Positions 27,778 through 38,742 of a stretch of DNA of 64,000 nt are shown one piece after another. The DNA comes from Candidatus Multivoradales bacterium. Its GTDB lineage: Bacteria > Acidobacteriota > Thermoanaerobaculia > Multivoradales > J023. The stretch is from assembly GCA_965248925.1 (NCBI GenBank), contig CBDFLE010000006.1, positions 3,200,001-3,264,000 of the forward strand, given 5' to 3'. Under the pieces are notes generated by a model that had not been told where the DNA came from, made no database searches, and saw only the letters and a list, made by a program, of their open reading frames with translations. A program made the position numbers and the translations under genes. How positions within the stretch are numbered: the stretch's first letter is position 1; each line of letters starts with the position of its first letter.

Positions 27778-30423
27778 ATGAATACCAATAAGCACAATCC
27801 GGTGGACTTGATCGACCAAGCTGCCGAGCAGATCCGTCAGGCCAAGCCGTTGGCCGAGCAAACCGCACAGGCCGCGGATCGCGTGTGGCAGCGTCTGTCC
27901 GGCGATGGCGCCGCCGCCGCTGCTGACGCCGCTGAAGTCGAGCGCCTGGATGGCCATGAAGACTACGAGGCGTTGATCCCGGCTTACTTGGCGGGCTCGC
28001 TGAGCGACGCCCGCAAGATGTTGTTCGATGACTACCTGCGGGAGTCGATGCCGTTGCGGCGCGCGCTCAAGCAGGCTCGCGCCGGCTTGCCGCCCCAGCA
28101 GCAGCCAACCGTGCGCCCATCGGCGGCCGGATTCTCCAGTCGCTGGGCGATGGCTGCCCTGCTGGTGGTGGGGGTCGGCATGGCGGCTGTGCTCGGTTGG
28201 CAGCTGTTGCCGTTTGGCTCTGCCGTTCAGGCGGTCGTAGTAAGCGCCGATGGCGACCTCTTCCGGGTCGGCGATACGTCTCACTTGCCTCTTGAGCGAG
28301 GGGACTCCATTCGTCGCGGCGATGCGGTTCGGGCCGGTCGCGCGGGTGGCGCGGTAGTCAAGTTGAATGATGGCTCCTTGGTCGAACTTCGTGCTCGCAC
28401 CGAGATGTCGATTCGCAGCAATCGCCGAGGCACCACCCTCGACCTTGAGCGAGGCAGCGTCATTGTGCAGGCCGCCAAGCAGCGGGACAAACACCTCTAC
28501 GTTGCCACTGAAGACTGCCTGGTGTCGGTGACCGGAACGATTTTCTCGGTCAATCATGGCACCAAGGGATCGCGGGTCTCGGTGATTGAGGGTGAGGTGC
28601 GGGTCGACTACTCTGGTCAGGAATCGGTGTTGCTGGCGGGTGACCAAGTGGCCACCCACACCAGTTTGCTGGCCCTGCCGGTGAACCAAGAAATTGCCTG
28701 GAGTAAGGACGTCGATCACTATCTGAGCGTGCTCGGTGAGCTGTCCAGCCTGCGCCGCGAACTGCGCCAGGGTTTGGCTCCGAGTAGCCTGCGGTACTCC
28801 AGCCGGTTGCTCGATCTGGTACCGCCCGAGACCGCCTTCTACGCCGCCGTGCCGAATCTCGGCGAGGCCCTGGGCGAGGCGCGCCAGATCATCGACCAGC
28901 GCATCAGTGAGAGCGAGATCCTCTCGCAGTGGTGGCGGCAGACGAGTCAGAGCAATGGCGAGTTCCAGCAGCTGGCCGGCGATATCCTCGACCGCCTGCA
29001 GCGCCTCGGCGACTATTTGGGCGATGAGCTGGTGGTCAGTGGCCAGCTGCTCGGTAGCGACGACTTCAGAGGTCCGTTGGTATTGGCTGAGATCAGCGAC
29101 GCTGAGGGCCTGCGCGGCTTCCTCGAGCAGCAGCTCGACGACTGGAGTGCCGAATGGCAGGAAACCGGCGAGCAGGTTCTGTTTGTCGAAGATCCTTTCG
29201 CCACCGCTGGCGAAGGTCTACGGCTGTGGTTTGAAGGTGATCTCCTGGTGGCAACCCCGAATGCCAGTCTGCTGGCCGAGGTTGCTGGTTTCGTGTTGCA
29301 CGGCCGCAGTAACGGCTTTGTCGACAGCAGCTTCTACAACAGCATTGCCGAACTCTACGACGAAGGCGCCGACTTGCTGCTGGCGGTCGATGTGGAGCGG
29401 GTGATCCACCAGACCACCGACGAGGCCGATGCCAGCGGCCTGGCGATTGCCGAGAACCTTGGCATCGGCCAGCTGAAGCATCTGCTGGTCGAACAAAAGC
29501 GGGACGCGGAGCGGGTCCAGCACCTGGCTTCGCTGACCTTCGACGGCACCCGCCAAGGCCTGGCGGCATGGATCGCCGCGCCTGCGCCGATGGGGGCCTT
29601 GGAGTTCATCTCTCCCGATGCCAAGCTGTTCACCGCGGTGGTTTTCGAAGACCCCTCGGCGCTGGTCGACGATCTGCAGGAGCTACTGCCCGAGAACGGC
29701 TTGAACGAGCTGTTCAGCGAACTCAGTGGCCGCTTCGGCATCGACTTGCGAGAGGACTTCATCGCGACCCTTGGGGGCGAGGTGGCCTTCGCGATCGATG
29801 GGCCTTTGCTGCCCTTGCCGGCTTGGAAAGTGGTGCTCGAGATCTACGACCCGGCCCGCTTCCAATTTGCCATCGAGGCGGCCCTGACGGAAGCCAACAC
29901 GCAGCTCACCGCCGCTGGCGAACCGCCGCTGGTGATGGAGCACAGCCAACTCGGTGGGCGGACGGTGCACACCATTCCCTTCCGTGGCTATGAAGTGAGC
30001 TACGCTTTTGTTGAGGGCTACTTGGTGGTGACCCCAGGAGTGGCGTTGCTCGATCGCGCCATCCGCTACCAGCAATCGGGCTACGTGATTACCGACTCGC
30101 CACGGTTCGCCGCCTTGCTACCGGCTGATGGCCAGGACAATTTCTCGGCGCTGATCTACCACGACATCGTCAGCCTGGTGGAGCCTTTCGCCGAGACCTT
30201 GGCCAGCGGCCAATTGAGCGACGAGCAGCGGGCGCTCATCGATCGCTTGAAGGCTGAGAATCGTCCTTCCCTAGCCTACGTCTACGCCCGCTCGGATCGC
30301 CTCACCTTCGCCGCTGGCAGTGATGGCGATTGGGTCGGCATGGGAATTCTCGCGGTGCTAGGATTCGACAACCCGCTCGGTCTTGGCAAGTTGCTCGAAC
30401 AGGCGACCGGAGGCGCTATCTGA
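27778..30423 (+). CDS. FecR-domain anti-sigma factor with a large periplasmic C-terminal domain
   Basis: N-terminal anti-sigma domain, TM, FecR motifs (LNDGSLVEL, VTGTIFSV, VSVIEGEVRV) and a DUF3352-like tail. Confidence 0.85.
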   Translation: MNTNKHNPVDLIDQAAEQIRQAKPLAEQTAQAADRVWQRLSGDGAAAAADAAEVERLDGHEDYEALIPAYLAGSLSDARKMLFDDYLRESMPLRRALKQARAGLPPQQQPTVRPSAAGFSSRWAMAALLVVGVGMAAVLGWQLLPFGSAVQAVVVSADGDLFRVGDTSHLPLERGDSIRRGDAVRAGRAGGAVVKLNDGSLVELRARTEMSIRSNRRGTTLDLERGSVIVQAAKQRDKHLYVATEDCLVSVTGTIFSVNHGTKGSRVSVIEGEVRVDYSGQESVLLAGDQVATHTSLLALPVNQEIAWSKDVDHYLSVLGELSSLRRELRQGLAPSSLRYSSRLLDLVPPETAFYAAVPNLGEALGEARQIIDQRISESEILSQWWRQTSQSNGEFQQLAGDILDRLQRLGDYLGDELVVSGQLLGSDDFRGPLVLAEISDAEGLRGFLEQQLDDWSAEWQETGEQVLFVEDPFATAGEGLRLWFEGDLLVATPNASLLAEVAGFVLHGRSNGFVDSSFYNSIAELYDEGADLLLAVDVERVIHQTTDEADASGLAIAENLGIGQLKHLLVEQKRDAERVQHLASLTFDGTRQGLAAWIAAPAPMGALEFISPDAKLFTAVVFEDPSALVDDLQELLPENGLNELFSELSGRFGIDLREDFIATLGGEVAFAIDGPLLPLPAWKVVLEIYDPARFQFAIEAALTEANTQLTAAGEPPLVMEHSQLGGRTVHTIPFRGYEVSYAFVEGYLVVTPGVALLDRAIRYQQSGYVITDSPRFAALLPADGQDNFSALIYHDIVSLVEPFAETLASGQLSDEQRALIDRLKAENRPSLAYVYARSDRLTFAAGSDGDWVGMGILAVLGFDNPLGLGKLLEQATGGAI

Positions 30424-30463
30424 CTACTGGTCAGAGCTTTCGGACGCAGCTGAGAGTATCCAG

Positions 30464-30497
30464 AAGAGCCGGTGGGAAGGGTCCCGCCGGCTCTTTT
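30464..30497 (+). terminator. Rho-independent terminator
   Basis: Stem AAGAGCCGGTGGGA / TCCCGCCGGCTCTT, 4-nt loop, T run; 40 bp after the FecR gene stop. Confidence 0.8.
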
Positions 30498-30549
30498 GTG
30501 GGTGTCTGGGTGATGTTTTGAAGAGTCTGAAATCCAGCTGAACGAAAGC

Positions 30550-30577
30550 GAAACTTTCGCCGGCCGGATCGCGTTAT
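30550..30577 (+). promoter_or_regulatory. Putative ECF-sigma promoter for the ABC operon
   Basis: GAAAC - 17 nt - CGTTAT matches the AAC...CGT ECF consensus. Confidence 0.55.
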
Positions 30578-30624
30578 CCTGGGTAGGAACGGTTCAACTA
30601 GCCTCGTATTCAAAAGGAAAATCG

Positions 30625-31554
30625 ATGGTTCCAGTGATGCAGCTCGAAGGGCTGTCCGTCCATTTCGGAAAGTTGGCGGCGTTGCAGAATCTCCAAGGGG
30701 ATTTCTCCGCCCGATCGATCGGATTGCTGGGCCCCAATGGCGCCGGCAAGACGACCCTGATTCATACCCTGTTGGGTTTCTATCGACCTAGCTCCGGCAC
30801 AGCGCGAGTGTTTGGTAATGATATTCAAACCCAAGACAGGGCGGCACGGGCGCTGATCGGCTACATGCCAGAGCGGGATAGCTTTATCGCCGGCATGAGC
30901 GCGGTGCGCTTTGTGCGGATGATGGCCGAGCTGTCTGGCCTGCCGCCGCGGCAAGCGCTCGAACGAACCCATGAGGCACTCTATTACGTCGGCTTGGGCG
31001 AGGCTCGCTACCGTCCCCTCGACAGCTACTCCCAAGGTATGAAGCAGTTGGCGAAGTTGGCACAAGCGCTAGTTCACGGGCCCCGCCTCCTGTTCCTCGA
31101 CGAGCCCACTAATGGCCTTGACCCGCCGGCCCGGCAACGCATGATCAAGCTGATTCGCGAGATCCGTGATGCTGGCGAAGTGCATGTGGTGCTGTCTTCC
31201 CATCTGCTCCGCGATGTCGAAGAGTGTTGCGAGGACGTGCTGATCCTCAAGGACGGCAAGATTGCTTATACTTGCAATTTGGAGCAGGAACGCAGCGCCA
31301 ACCGCAAGTTCATAGAACTCGAGTTGATGGGTCCGATCGACCGGTTTGTCGAAGGCGTGCGGCGACTCGGTTGCGAGTGCGCGCGCCATGGCAAGCGGCG
31401 TATCAAGATGGTGCTGCCGCCAGAAATGGAAATTCGTGCTTTGTACGAACTTGCCGCTGAGCACGACGTTCAGATGCGTCATTTGGACTACAAGAGAGAT
31501 TCGTTGCAGGATATCTTCCTGAAGGCGATGGAGGATAATCGTGGCGGTCTATGA
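30625..31554 (+). CDS. ABC-2 type transporter ATP-binding protein
   Basis: [19 protein letters not shown]-loop. Confidence 0.95.
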   Translation: MVPVMQLEGLSVHFGKLAALQNLQGDFSARSIGLLGPNGAGKTTLIHTLLGFYRPSSGTARVFGNDIQTQDRAARALIGYMPERDSFIAGMSAVRFVRMMAELSGLPPRQALERTHEALYYVGLGEARYRPLDSYSQGMKQLAKLAQALVHGPRLLFLDEPTNGLDPPARQRMIKLIREIRDAGEVHVVLSSHLLRDVEECCEDVLILKDGKIAYTCNLEQERSANRKFIELELMGPIDRFVEGVRRLGCECARHGKRRIKMVLPPEMEIRALYELAAEHDVQMRHLDYKRDSLQDIFLKAMEDNRGGL

Positions 31555-32401
31555 ACGAACTTACCAGCGTTACGAAGGGCGGATAACACCTGCCTGGTCG
31601 CGCTTCTTGGTGTTGCCTCGCTTTGCTTTTGCAGATTTGATGCAGAAGAAATTCTTCCTGATTTTCCTGGTTTTCTGCTTCTTCTGGCCGTTGATTTCGG
31701 CGGTAACGATCTATGTGTCGCACAACACCAAGTTGCTCGAGAACTTTGGCATACCCATTGCTGGATTGTTGAAAATTGATGCTCGCTTCTTCAAGATTTT
31801 CTTGATTGTCCAGGGGTATCTGGCTTTCTTTATAACGGTCTTGGTGGGGCCAGGGTCGATGTCGCGTGACTTGGCCAACAACGGCATGCCGCTCTACTTG
31901 TCGCGACCCTTCTCGCGGGCGGAGTATATTCTCGGTCGCCTGTCGGTTCTGACTATCCTGATCTCTGCTATTACTTGGCTGCCGGGCTTGCTGTTGTTCG
32001 TCATCCAAAGCAGTTTGGCGGGTAGCAGTTGGATGTTCGCGAACTTGCGCATTGCTTTCGCGGTGTTGGTCGGCTCGTGGTTGTGGATTGTTGTCTTGTC
32101 CCTGCTGGCCCTATCCTTGTCGGCATGGGTGCGTTGGCGATCGGTGGCGGCGTTCATGTTGCTGGTGGTCTACTTCGGTGGCAGTTTCGTCGCCGTTATG
32201 GTCAATCTATTTTTCCGCACTGATTGGGGCGTGCTGGCGGATCTGGCTCGCTCGGCGCGAAGGATCTGGTCCGGCTTGCTGGGTATCGATCCTGGTGCCG
32301 GGCCGCCGTTGTGGGCTGGTTGGTTGTCGATGGCGCTGTTGGCTGGATTCTGCCTGTTCCTGCTGAGCCGCAAAGTGCGGGCCTATGAGGTGGTTCGATG
32401 A
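31541..32401 (+). CDS. ABC-2 type transporter permease
   Basis: About six TMs; [16 protein letters not shown]. Confidence 0.9.
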   Translation: MAVYERTYQRYEGRITPAWSRFLVLPRFAFADLMQKKFFLIFLVFCFFWPLISAVTIYVSHNTKLLENFGIPIAGLLKIDARFFKIFLIVQGYLAFFITVLVGPGSMSRDLANNGMPLYLSRPFSRAEYILGRLSVLTILISAITWLPGLLLFVIQSSLAGSSWMFANLRIAFAVLVGSWLWIVVLSLLALSLSAWVRWRSVAAFMLLVVYFGGSFVAVMVNLFFRTDWGVLADLARSARRIWSGLLGIDPGAGPPLWAGWLSMALLAGFCLFLLSRKVRAYEVVR

Positions 32402-33366
32402 GCACGGCCAACGGAGATGCCCCGGTCCAGGACGCGGTGGTGTTTCGCAATGTCTCCAAGTTCTACGGTGAGGTTCTGGGGGTCAACCGGGTCAGCTTGA
32501 CTCTGCCCAGCGGCATCACCGGCCTGGTGGGACCGAATGGTTCTGGCAAGACCACCTTGATGAACCTGATGACCGGCTTGTTGCAGCCGACTCAGGGGCG
32601 GGTGGAGGTCTTGGGAGTCAGCGCCGAGCAACCTGAGCTGCTGTTCAGCAAGTTAGGCTATTGCTCGCAGTGGGACTCTTTCCCCGCCGGCATGAGCGGC
32701 TACCGGTTTATCAACTCCTACTTGCGGGTGCATGGCTATCCGGCGGCCGATGCCGAGGCTCTGACCTGGGCGGTGCTCGAGAAGGTAAAGCTGACCGATG
32801 CCGCCAAGCGGCGGGTGGCGGGTTACAGCAAGGGCATGCGGCAGCGGGCCAAGCTGGCTCAAGCCATCAGCCATCAGCCGCGGGTGTTGGTGCTCGATGA
32901 ACCGCTCAATGGCCTCGATCCGATGGCTCGGGCCGAGGTCATCGAGATTTTTCAGCAGTTGGCTAGTGAGGGCTGTCACGTGATCATCTCTAGCCATATC
33001 CTGCACGAGGTCGACATGATCTCCGACCAGGTGGTCTTGCTTTCCAGCGGCTACGTGGTGGCAGAGGGAGAGATTCGAGGTGTCCGCACTGAGATGGAGG
33101 ATCATCCGGTGCAGGTCTTGATGCGTTGCGACAAGCCGGCGCTGCTGGCTTCAAAGCTGTTCGAGACCGATCACGTGGCAGAGATCTCGTTACACGACGA
33201 CCGCGGCGGTTTGGTGATTCGTACTCGCGAGGCTGACCGCTTTTATCTGCTACTCAACCAGTTGGTACTCGAGCATCAGATCCGGGTCGAGACCGTCACC
33301 GTTGCCGATGCCGATGTGCAGGCGGTCTATCAGTACCTGATAGGTAACGAAGGAGAAGCACGATGA
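32398..33366 (+). CDS. ABC-2 type transporter ATP-binding protein
   Basis: [18 protein letters not shown]. Confidence 0.95.
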   Translation: MSTANGDAPVQDAVVFRNVSKFYGEVLGVNRVSLTLPSGITGLVGPNGSGKTTLMNLMTGLLQPTQGRVEVLGVSAEQPELLFSKLGYCSQWDSFPAGMSGYRFINSYLRVHGYPAADAEALTWAVLEKVKLTDAAKRRVAGYSKGMRQRAKLAQAISHQPRVLVLDEPLNGLDPMARAEVIEIFQQLASEGCHVIISSHILHEVDMISDQVVLLSSGYVVAEGEIRGVRTEMEDHPVQVLMRCDKPALLASKLFETDHVAEISLHDDRGGLVIRTREADRFYLLLNQLVLEHQIRVETVTVADADVQAVYQYLIGNEGEAR

Positions 33367-34235
33367 GTACCGCCCAGGGGCAATCGGCTGCCGCCGAATC
33401 TATGCCCGCACTACGAGCGGAGGGACTGCGGGGTCGTCAGGTGCTTGGCATCTTGCGGCTTGAGATAAAGAAGAACTTGCTCAGTAAGCGAGTTCTTGGG
33501 GTCTATCTGTTGGCTTTCGGGCCTCTGAGTTTGGCGCTATTGCATCTTGCTCTGATGACATTCGGTCTTATCCAAGACCCGGTCACTCCCTCTCAAGCAG
33601 CCTTCGCTTTTGCCCAGCTTTTCGAGTTTTATTTGCGGGTGTCGGTTTTCTTCAGCGCTGCCTTCCTATTCCTCAACCTTTTTCGTTCAGAGGTTCAGGA
33701 ACGTAGCCTGCACTACTATTTGTTGACACCGGTACGGCGCGAGGTACTGGTGGCGGGTAAGTACGTCTCTGCCCTGCTCGCCGGGAGCATGATTTTCGCT
33801 ATCGGCACGGTGTTGACCTATTTGGCGATGCTGATTCCGGGCGGTATCAGCGAGACCCTGCGATATCTATTCCAGGGCCCTGGTTTCGGCCAGCTGCTGA
33901 CCTACATTGGTATTACTACCTTGGCCTGCGCCGGCTACGGAGCGGTTTTTCTGCTGCTCAGCGTGGTGGCGCGGGCACCTCTCTTCATGTCGGTGTTGTT
34001 TTGGGTCTGGGAGGCGCTCAGCTTTGTCCTTCCGCCGTTGCTGAAGAAGCTGACTATTTCGCACTATTTGCAGTCGCTATACCCGATTCCCTTGGATGCG
34101 CGGCTGGTGGCGGTGATGGCCGAGCCCACCCCGGCCTGGTTGTCGGTGCCGATCTTAGTATTCGTGACTGCGACGGCCCTGTTTGTCGCCGGCCTCAAGT
34201 CGCGGCGGATGGAGATCAACTACGGCGGCGACTGA
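33363..34235 (+). CDS. ABC-2 type transporter permease
   Basis: About six TMs; [16 protein letters not shown]. Confidence 0.9.
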   Translation: MSTAQGQSAAAESMPALRAEGLRGRQVLGILRLEIKKNLLSKRVLGVYLLAFGPLSLALLHLALMTFGLIQDPVTPSQAAFAFAQLFEFYLRVSVFFSAAFLFLNLFRSEVQERSLHYYLLTPVRREVLVAGKYVSALLAGSMIFAIGTVLTYLAMLIPGGISETLRYLFQGPGFGQLLTYIGITTLACAGYGAVFLLLSVVARAPLFMSVLFWVWEALSFVLPPLLKKLTISHYLQSLYPIPLDARLVAVMAEPTPAWLSVPILVFVTATALFVAGLKSRRMEINYGGD

Positions 34236-34252
34236 ACCCCGGCAGCGGGTTC

Positions 34253-35002
34253 TCAGCCCGCGTTGGTAGAGCAGAGGTCGAAGTTGGCGAGGAAGCGCTC
34301 GATCGCCGCCGGGTCGGCGGTGGTGCCGCTGAGGTCGGCCTGTTCAGGGCCGGCTTCCAGGACACTGGCTGCTAATTTCTCGAACCAGAGGGTGATGTAG
34401 ACCCGCTGTTGGTCGCATTCGATCGAACTCATGCTGAAGATGCCGTCGCTGCCGTCGTCGTCGTGGTCTAATTCGCCGCGAAAGGCAGCGTAGTTCAGAG
34501 GACGTCCGTCGAGCTCGAAAGTGCCGCGGCGCAAGACTTCACCACCGCGAATACCGAACTCGATTTTCTCCAGCACTTCGGCGTTGTGCAGCTCCCCGGC
34601 GAGGTACTCTGTTAGCTCCCGCCGATCCTTGGCCGAAGCTCGGAGGCTGACGAAGATGAAGGCCCGCTCGCCGAGCCTGAGAGATTCGAGATCGAGGTTG
34701 TTGGCGGGGTCGCCCGCGGCCACCTCGGTAGCTTGCTCGCCGCTCGACAGGATGGTCATGTCCATCAGCCAAGGAACGCTGAGGGTGAAGTGGGCTCGGT
34801 AACCCGGCGGCAGCTCTTCGGTGCCGAGCAGTTGGCGCGCTTTCTCGGCTTGCTTGGCCGGGTCTTCGAGGTCTTCGACCCAGTCTTTCGCGGAATGTAC
34901 AGCAGCAATCCCGCTGAGGATAATGGCTCCTACTACCAGCAGCACCAAGCAGCCGCAGCCGCAGCCGAGATACAGCCACGGGGATTTTTTTACTTCGCTC
35001 AC
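34253..35002 (-). CDS. Membrane-anchored hypothetical protein with a GCGCGC motif
   Basis: KKSPWLYLGCGCGCLVLLVV N-terminal anchor, then a soluble acidic domain. Confidence 0.75.
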   Translation of the reverse strand: MSEVKKSPWLYLGCGCGCLVLLVVGAIILSGIAAVHSAKDWVEDLEDPAKQAEKARQLLGTEELPPGYRAHFTLSVPWLMDMTILSSGEQATEVAAGDPANNLDLESLRLGERAFIFVSLRASAKDRRELTEYLAGELHNAEVLEKIEFGIRGGEVLRRGTFELDGRPLNYAAFRGELDHDDDGSDGIFSMSSIECDQQRVYITLWFEKLAASVLEAGPEQADLSGTTADPAAIERFLANFDLCSTNAG

Positions 35003-35103
35003 CTTGTTGGGATCTTACGGCATCGTGAGGAGCTAGGTTTGCCCTCGGTGTTGCTCACCATCGCTCGTCGGTTTATCCGGCACTAGCGGCATGATGAGGG
35101 TGG

Positions 35104-37041
35104 CTACATCTTCTCTGGCACCGGCACGCCGAGCAACTCAGTGAGCTCTCCCAGGGCGTTGCGGAAGATCTGGTTGGTGGCTTGACGCACGGCTCGCAGC
35201 TCGGCGTCTTCTGCCTTGAGTATCGGGTGGCGATTGTAGTTGCCGTGGAATTTGCTCGCCAAATCGAGGGCGTGGCGGGCGATCAGTGACAGCTCCAGAC
35301 TGTCGGTGGCGCGTTCGACCACTTCTGGAACCTGAGTCGCTGACAGCACCAGGTCCCACAGATCGTCGCTCCACAGCTCAGCTCGGAGGGCGGCAACCTG
35401 ATCGCTTTCGACTTCCGTTGGCAGACCTGCTGCCGTCACTTTACGGCGAATGTTGCGCTCGCGCACCAGCGAGTACTGCAGGTAAGGGCCGGTTTCGCCT
35501 TCGAAGGCTAGCGCTTGATCAAGGTCGAAGGCAATCACTCGGGTGGTGGTGGCTTTGGCCATGAAGAAGCGCAGCGCGGCGGTGGCGATCTGCTGGCCGA
35601 GCAGGTCGAGTTCCGCTGCATCGAGGTCAGCGTAGCGCTCGGCGACCGCTGCACGGGCCTTGGCTTCGAGCTGGTCGAGCAGGTCGTCGGCCTTGACGCC
35701 GATCCCCTTGCGGCCGGACATTTCGAGCGAGGTCTTGCTATCCTCCTCGGTGTCGTCCAGGTAGCCCAGCAAGCGAGCGGTGGACTTGGACAGCGAGACC
35801 ATCTCGTAGGCGAAGTGGACCGAGCGTTCCGCCTCCTGGTTGTGGCCCAGTGATTCGAGACCGGCGCGGACGATACGCTGCAGGTAGCTCTGCCGCGCGT
35901 CGATCACGTTGATCACCTTTGAGCCGCCACCAAAACTCGGTGGTTCGGCCTCGGGGTTGGCTTCGGAAGTGGTCTGCCACAGTTCTTCGTCGGTCCAGTA
36001 GCGGTAGTGGAAATCGAGCCCCAGGAGGCCAAACTTCCACATCTGGTAAGCGATGTCTTTGCCCACGTAGGTGACCGTGTCGTCGGAGCGGACGATCACC
36101 TTGTCGGGGTCTTCGAGACCCTGGAATTCGGCACTCTCCGCCAGTGGCATCACCCAGCAGCCTTCATTCTTGCCCTCAGCCTCGAGGCGAATGGTGCCTG
36201 AGTGGCGCAGCTTGTCGAAGGCGACGCGGAAGAAGTCGAGCTTGAGAATGTCGCTCTCATGGGTCAGCAGGTCGTAGCCGACACCGAGGCGCGCCATGGT
36301 CGCCAGATGACAATGCACTACTCGCCGGGCCACCAACTGGCCCAATTCGGCCCGCGGACCGGTGCCACTCTCCAGCTGGTGTAGGGTCTGGCGGCGTTTG
36401 TGGCGGCGCTCAGGCTCGGCTTCATACCAGCGACCCACTTCGCTGTAGAGATCCCAGCAGACATAGTCGAAGGGATCTTCGATGGCTGCTACTTGCTGCG
36501 CATCGAGGCGCCGCAGATCGAGGAAGCCGACCACCACGTCGGCCAGTTGGACGCCGGTATCATCAATGTAATTCTGGACTTCAACCGGGTAGCCCTGGCG
36601 GCGCAGGGCGCGGGTAAGGATGTCGCCGAGTACCGCGTTGCGCAGGTGGCCAATATGAGCCGCCTTGTTGGGATTGATATTGGTGTGTTCGACAATCAAC
36701 TTTGGGCATGCGGCCATGTCGCCGGTGGTGGCAAAGAGTTCGCCTTGCAACAAGGCCGCCGCCACCGCGCTGCGGTCCAGAAATAGGTTGAGATAACCGG
36801 CACCTTCGACCCGAATCTCGCGCCCATAAGGTGGCAGCTCGAGGTCCTCGAGGAGTTCGCCAGCGATGTCGCGCGGCTTGCGCTTGAGCAGCCGAGCGAG
36901 GTGTAGCGGGGCGGCCGAGGCGAGGTCGCCGAGCGAGCGCCGGGGCGGCATCTGCACCACCGCCTGATGGTCGATCTGGTACAGCTGATGGATGCGCGCG
37001 GAGAGCGCCTCGGCAAATGCAGTCTTGAACTCTTTCAGCAT
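35104..37041 (-). CDS. argS: Arginine--tRNA ligase
   Basis: EHTNINPNKAAHIGHLRN (HIGH), MSGRKG, GETGPYLQY, C-terminal PEKM; start 37041 or 37062. Confidence 0.97.
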   Translation of the reverse strand: MLKEFKTAFAEALSARIHQLYQIDHQAVVQMPPRRSLGDLASAAPLHLARLLKRKPRDIAGELLEDLELPPYGREIRVEGAGYLNLFLDRSAVAAALLQGELFATTGDMAACPKLIVEHTNINPNKAAHIGHLRNAVLGDILTRALRRQGYPVEVQNYIDDTGVQLADVVVGFLDLRRLDAQQVAAIEDPFDYVCWDLYSEVGRWYEAEPERRHKRRQTLHQLESGTGPRAELGQLVARRVVHCHLATMARLGVGYDLLTHESDILKLDFFRVAFDKLRHSGTIRLEAEGKNEGCWVMPLAESAEFQGLEDPDKVIVRSDDTVTYVGKDIAYQMWKFGLLGLDFHYRYWTDEELWQTTSEANPEAEPPSFGGGSKVINVIDARQSYLQRIVRAGLESLGHNQEAERSVHFAYEMVSLSKSTARLLGYLDDTEEDSKTSLEMSGRKGIGVKADDLLDQLEAKARAAVAERYADLDAAELDLLGQQIATAALRFFMAKATTTRVIAFDLDQALAFEGETGPYLQYSLVRERNIRRKVTAAGLPTEVESDQVAALRAELWSDDLWDLVLSATQVPEVVERATDSLELSLIARHALDLASKFHGNYNRHPILKAEDAELRAVRQATNQIFRNALGELTELLGVPVPEKM

Positions 37042-37194
37042 GGCCGAGGGAGTGTACACCATCGTTTGGCAGCGGTTTTCAGTGATTTGTGGCAGCTGAT
37101 TTCTCCCCTCTGCCCATAGCCTGATAAGATTGTCCCCACGCCAACCAGTACATAAACGCGGGGTAGCGCTGTCCGTCAGGAGACTGAGGAGAGA

Positions 37195-37737
37195 ATGGAA
37201 CGGAGAAAACTGTCTATTCAACTGGAAGGGACTCAACTTGAGCTCCTGGAAGGGGATATCACCGAGCTCGACACGGAGGCCATTGTCAATGCGGCCAACG
37301 AGGATTTAGAGCTTGGATCTGGAGTCGCTGGGGCAATTCGCGAAAAAGGCGGCCCGGCGATTCAAGAGGAGTGCAACCGCATCGGCAGCACCGCCGTGGG
37401 TACTGCGGTTATCACCGGCGCTGGCGAACTCAAGGCCAAGCATGTGATCCATGCCGTGGGTCCGCGCATGGGCGAGGGCGACGAGGATCGCAAGCTGGCT
37501 TCTGCCATCCGCTCCTCGTTGGCGGTCGCCGATCGGCACGGCCTGAAATCGATTGCGCTACCGGCCATCTCGACCGGCGTCTACGGCTTTCCGATCGATC
37601 GCTGCGCGCGTATTTTGCTGACCGAGGTCTACCGCTACCTGCAGGGCGGAACCAAGATCGAGCGAGTGGTGGTTTCACTGCTCGACGACGCCACTTTCGA
37701 GATCTTCAAGGGTGAATTGCGCCGCGGTTTCCGCTAG
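37195..37737 (+). CDS. Macro domain protein (O-acetyl-ADP-ribose deacetylase, YmdB/MacroD-like)
   Basis: GDIT, AIVNAAN, GSGVAGAI, VIHAVGP, PAISTGVYGFP. Confidence 0.93.
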   Translation: MERRKLSIQLEGTQLELLEGDITELDTEAIVNAANEDLELGSGVAGAIREKGGPAIQEECNRIGSTAVGTAVITGAGELKAKHVIHAVGPRMGEGDEDRKLASAIRSSLAVADRHGLKSIALPAISTGVYGFPIDRCARILLTEVYRYLQGGTKIERVVVSLLDDATFEIFKGELRRGFR

Positions 37738-37748
37738 TCGGCCGCGGC

Positions 37749-38189
37749 TCAGGCCATCCGCTCAGCGACTTTCTTCAGACCCCGCAGGCTGGCGTGCAGG
37801 CTGAAGCGGGCAGTGTCGTTCTGCCCAATCCAGCCCATGGTCAGGATGGCCAAGCCGGTGAAGACGCCGCGCAGGGTGACCCGGGTGCCCGCGGGTTGGG
37901 CTTGTAAGCGCCACGACCAGGTGCATTGAACCAATGCTGAGCGGTGGGTGAGGCTCAACTCCTTGCCTGTGGTGAGCAGATCGACCTCGGGGTGAAAGGT
38001 CATCTTTCGCTGCCGCGGTTGCACCACCAACTCGAGTTTCGAGCCCTCTTGCAGCTGCCGTTGATCGCCGCTCGAGGCGGTGACGCAATCTGCCCACCAG
38101 GTTTGCCAGATCGAGGGGTTGACCAACAGGCCCCAGATGACCTGCGGCTCGGTGGCGATGGTTGTCGAATGCTGAGCGATGATCGCCAC
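37749..38189 (-). CDS. SRPBCC (polyketide cyclase/dehydrase-like) protein
   Basis: IATEPQVIWGLL..WQTWW ... LKKVAE START-fold pattern. Confidence 0.75.
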   Translation of the reverse strand: MAIIAQHSTTIATEPQVIWGLLVNPSIWQTWWADCVTASSGDQRQLQEGSKLELVVQPRQRKMTFHPEVDLLTTGKELSLTHRSALVQCTWSWRLQAQPAGTRVTLRGVFTGLAILTMGWIGQNDTARFSLHASLRGLKKVAERMA

Positions 38190-38231
38190 TGCTGAACTCC
38201 TTGGCAGGACTTTCTGCGGATTTGCCGAGTC

Positions 38232-38651
38232 TCAGGCCACCAAGTAGGCGCTGACTCGGATCTGCAAGCGGGTGCGTTGAGCGAAGCCGCTGCCGAAGAG
38301 GGAGTAGGCGCTCACCGCTCCCAGAACCGGCAGCACGATCCAACCATCAAAGCACTCACCCGCGCCGTAGGGTGGCACCACCGGCTCGACTTCTGCCAGC
38401 TTTACCCAATGTTCTTCGCTGGGGTCGAACGACCCGCGTAGCTCGACGTAGGCACGATCAAGATCGATGGTGTGTTGGGTAGATGGCAGCCAAATCGACA
38501 TCACGAAGCGGGCTTCGTCATAGGAAGCTGTTTTCAACCGTGCTTCCCCCTGCTGGACTAGCGGATAGTGAAAACTACCCGAGCTGTCGCTGGCGAAGAT
38601 TTCGGGGGTCGCGTCGAAGTGGATCTGGAGCGGCGGCGTTTCGCGGCTCAT
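38232..38651 (-). CDS. Hypothetical protein
   Basis: 139-aa ORF with AGGAG RBS; no family recognised. Confidence 0.6.
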   Translation of the reverse strand: MSRETPPLQIHFDATPEIFASDSSGSFHYPLVQQGEARLKTASYDEARFVMSIWLPSTQHTIDLDRAYVELRGSFDPSEEHWVKLAEVEPVVPPYGAGECFDGWIVLPVLGAVSAYSLFGSGFAQRTRLQIRVSAYLVA

Positions 38652-38742
38652 CGGTCAGTATCTCCTGGGTTCTGCCATCGGCTGCAGAGCCAGCTTGCTC
38701 CAAGCCCTGGGACAGATTGGCGGGCAGCCTATCATCCGCCCC

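Noticed and set aside
37195-37737. Macro domain as a DarG antitoxin or defence component
   Set aside because: No DarT or other ADP-ribosyltransferase nearby; looks like a stand-alone MacroD/YmdB-type enzyme
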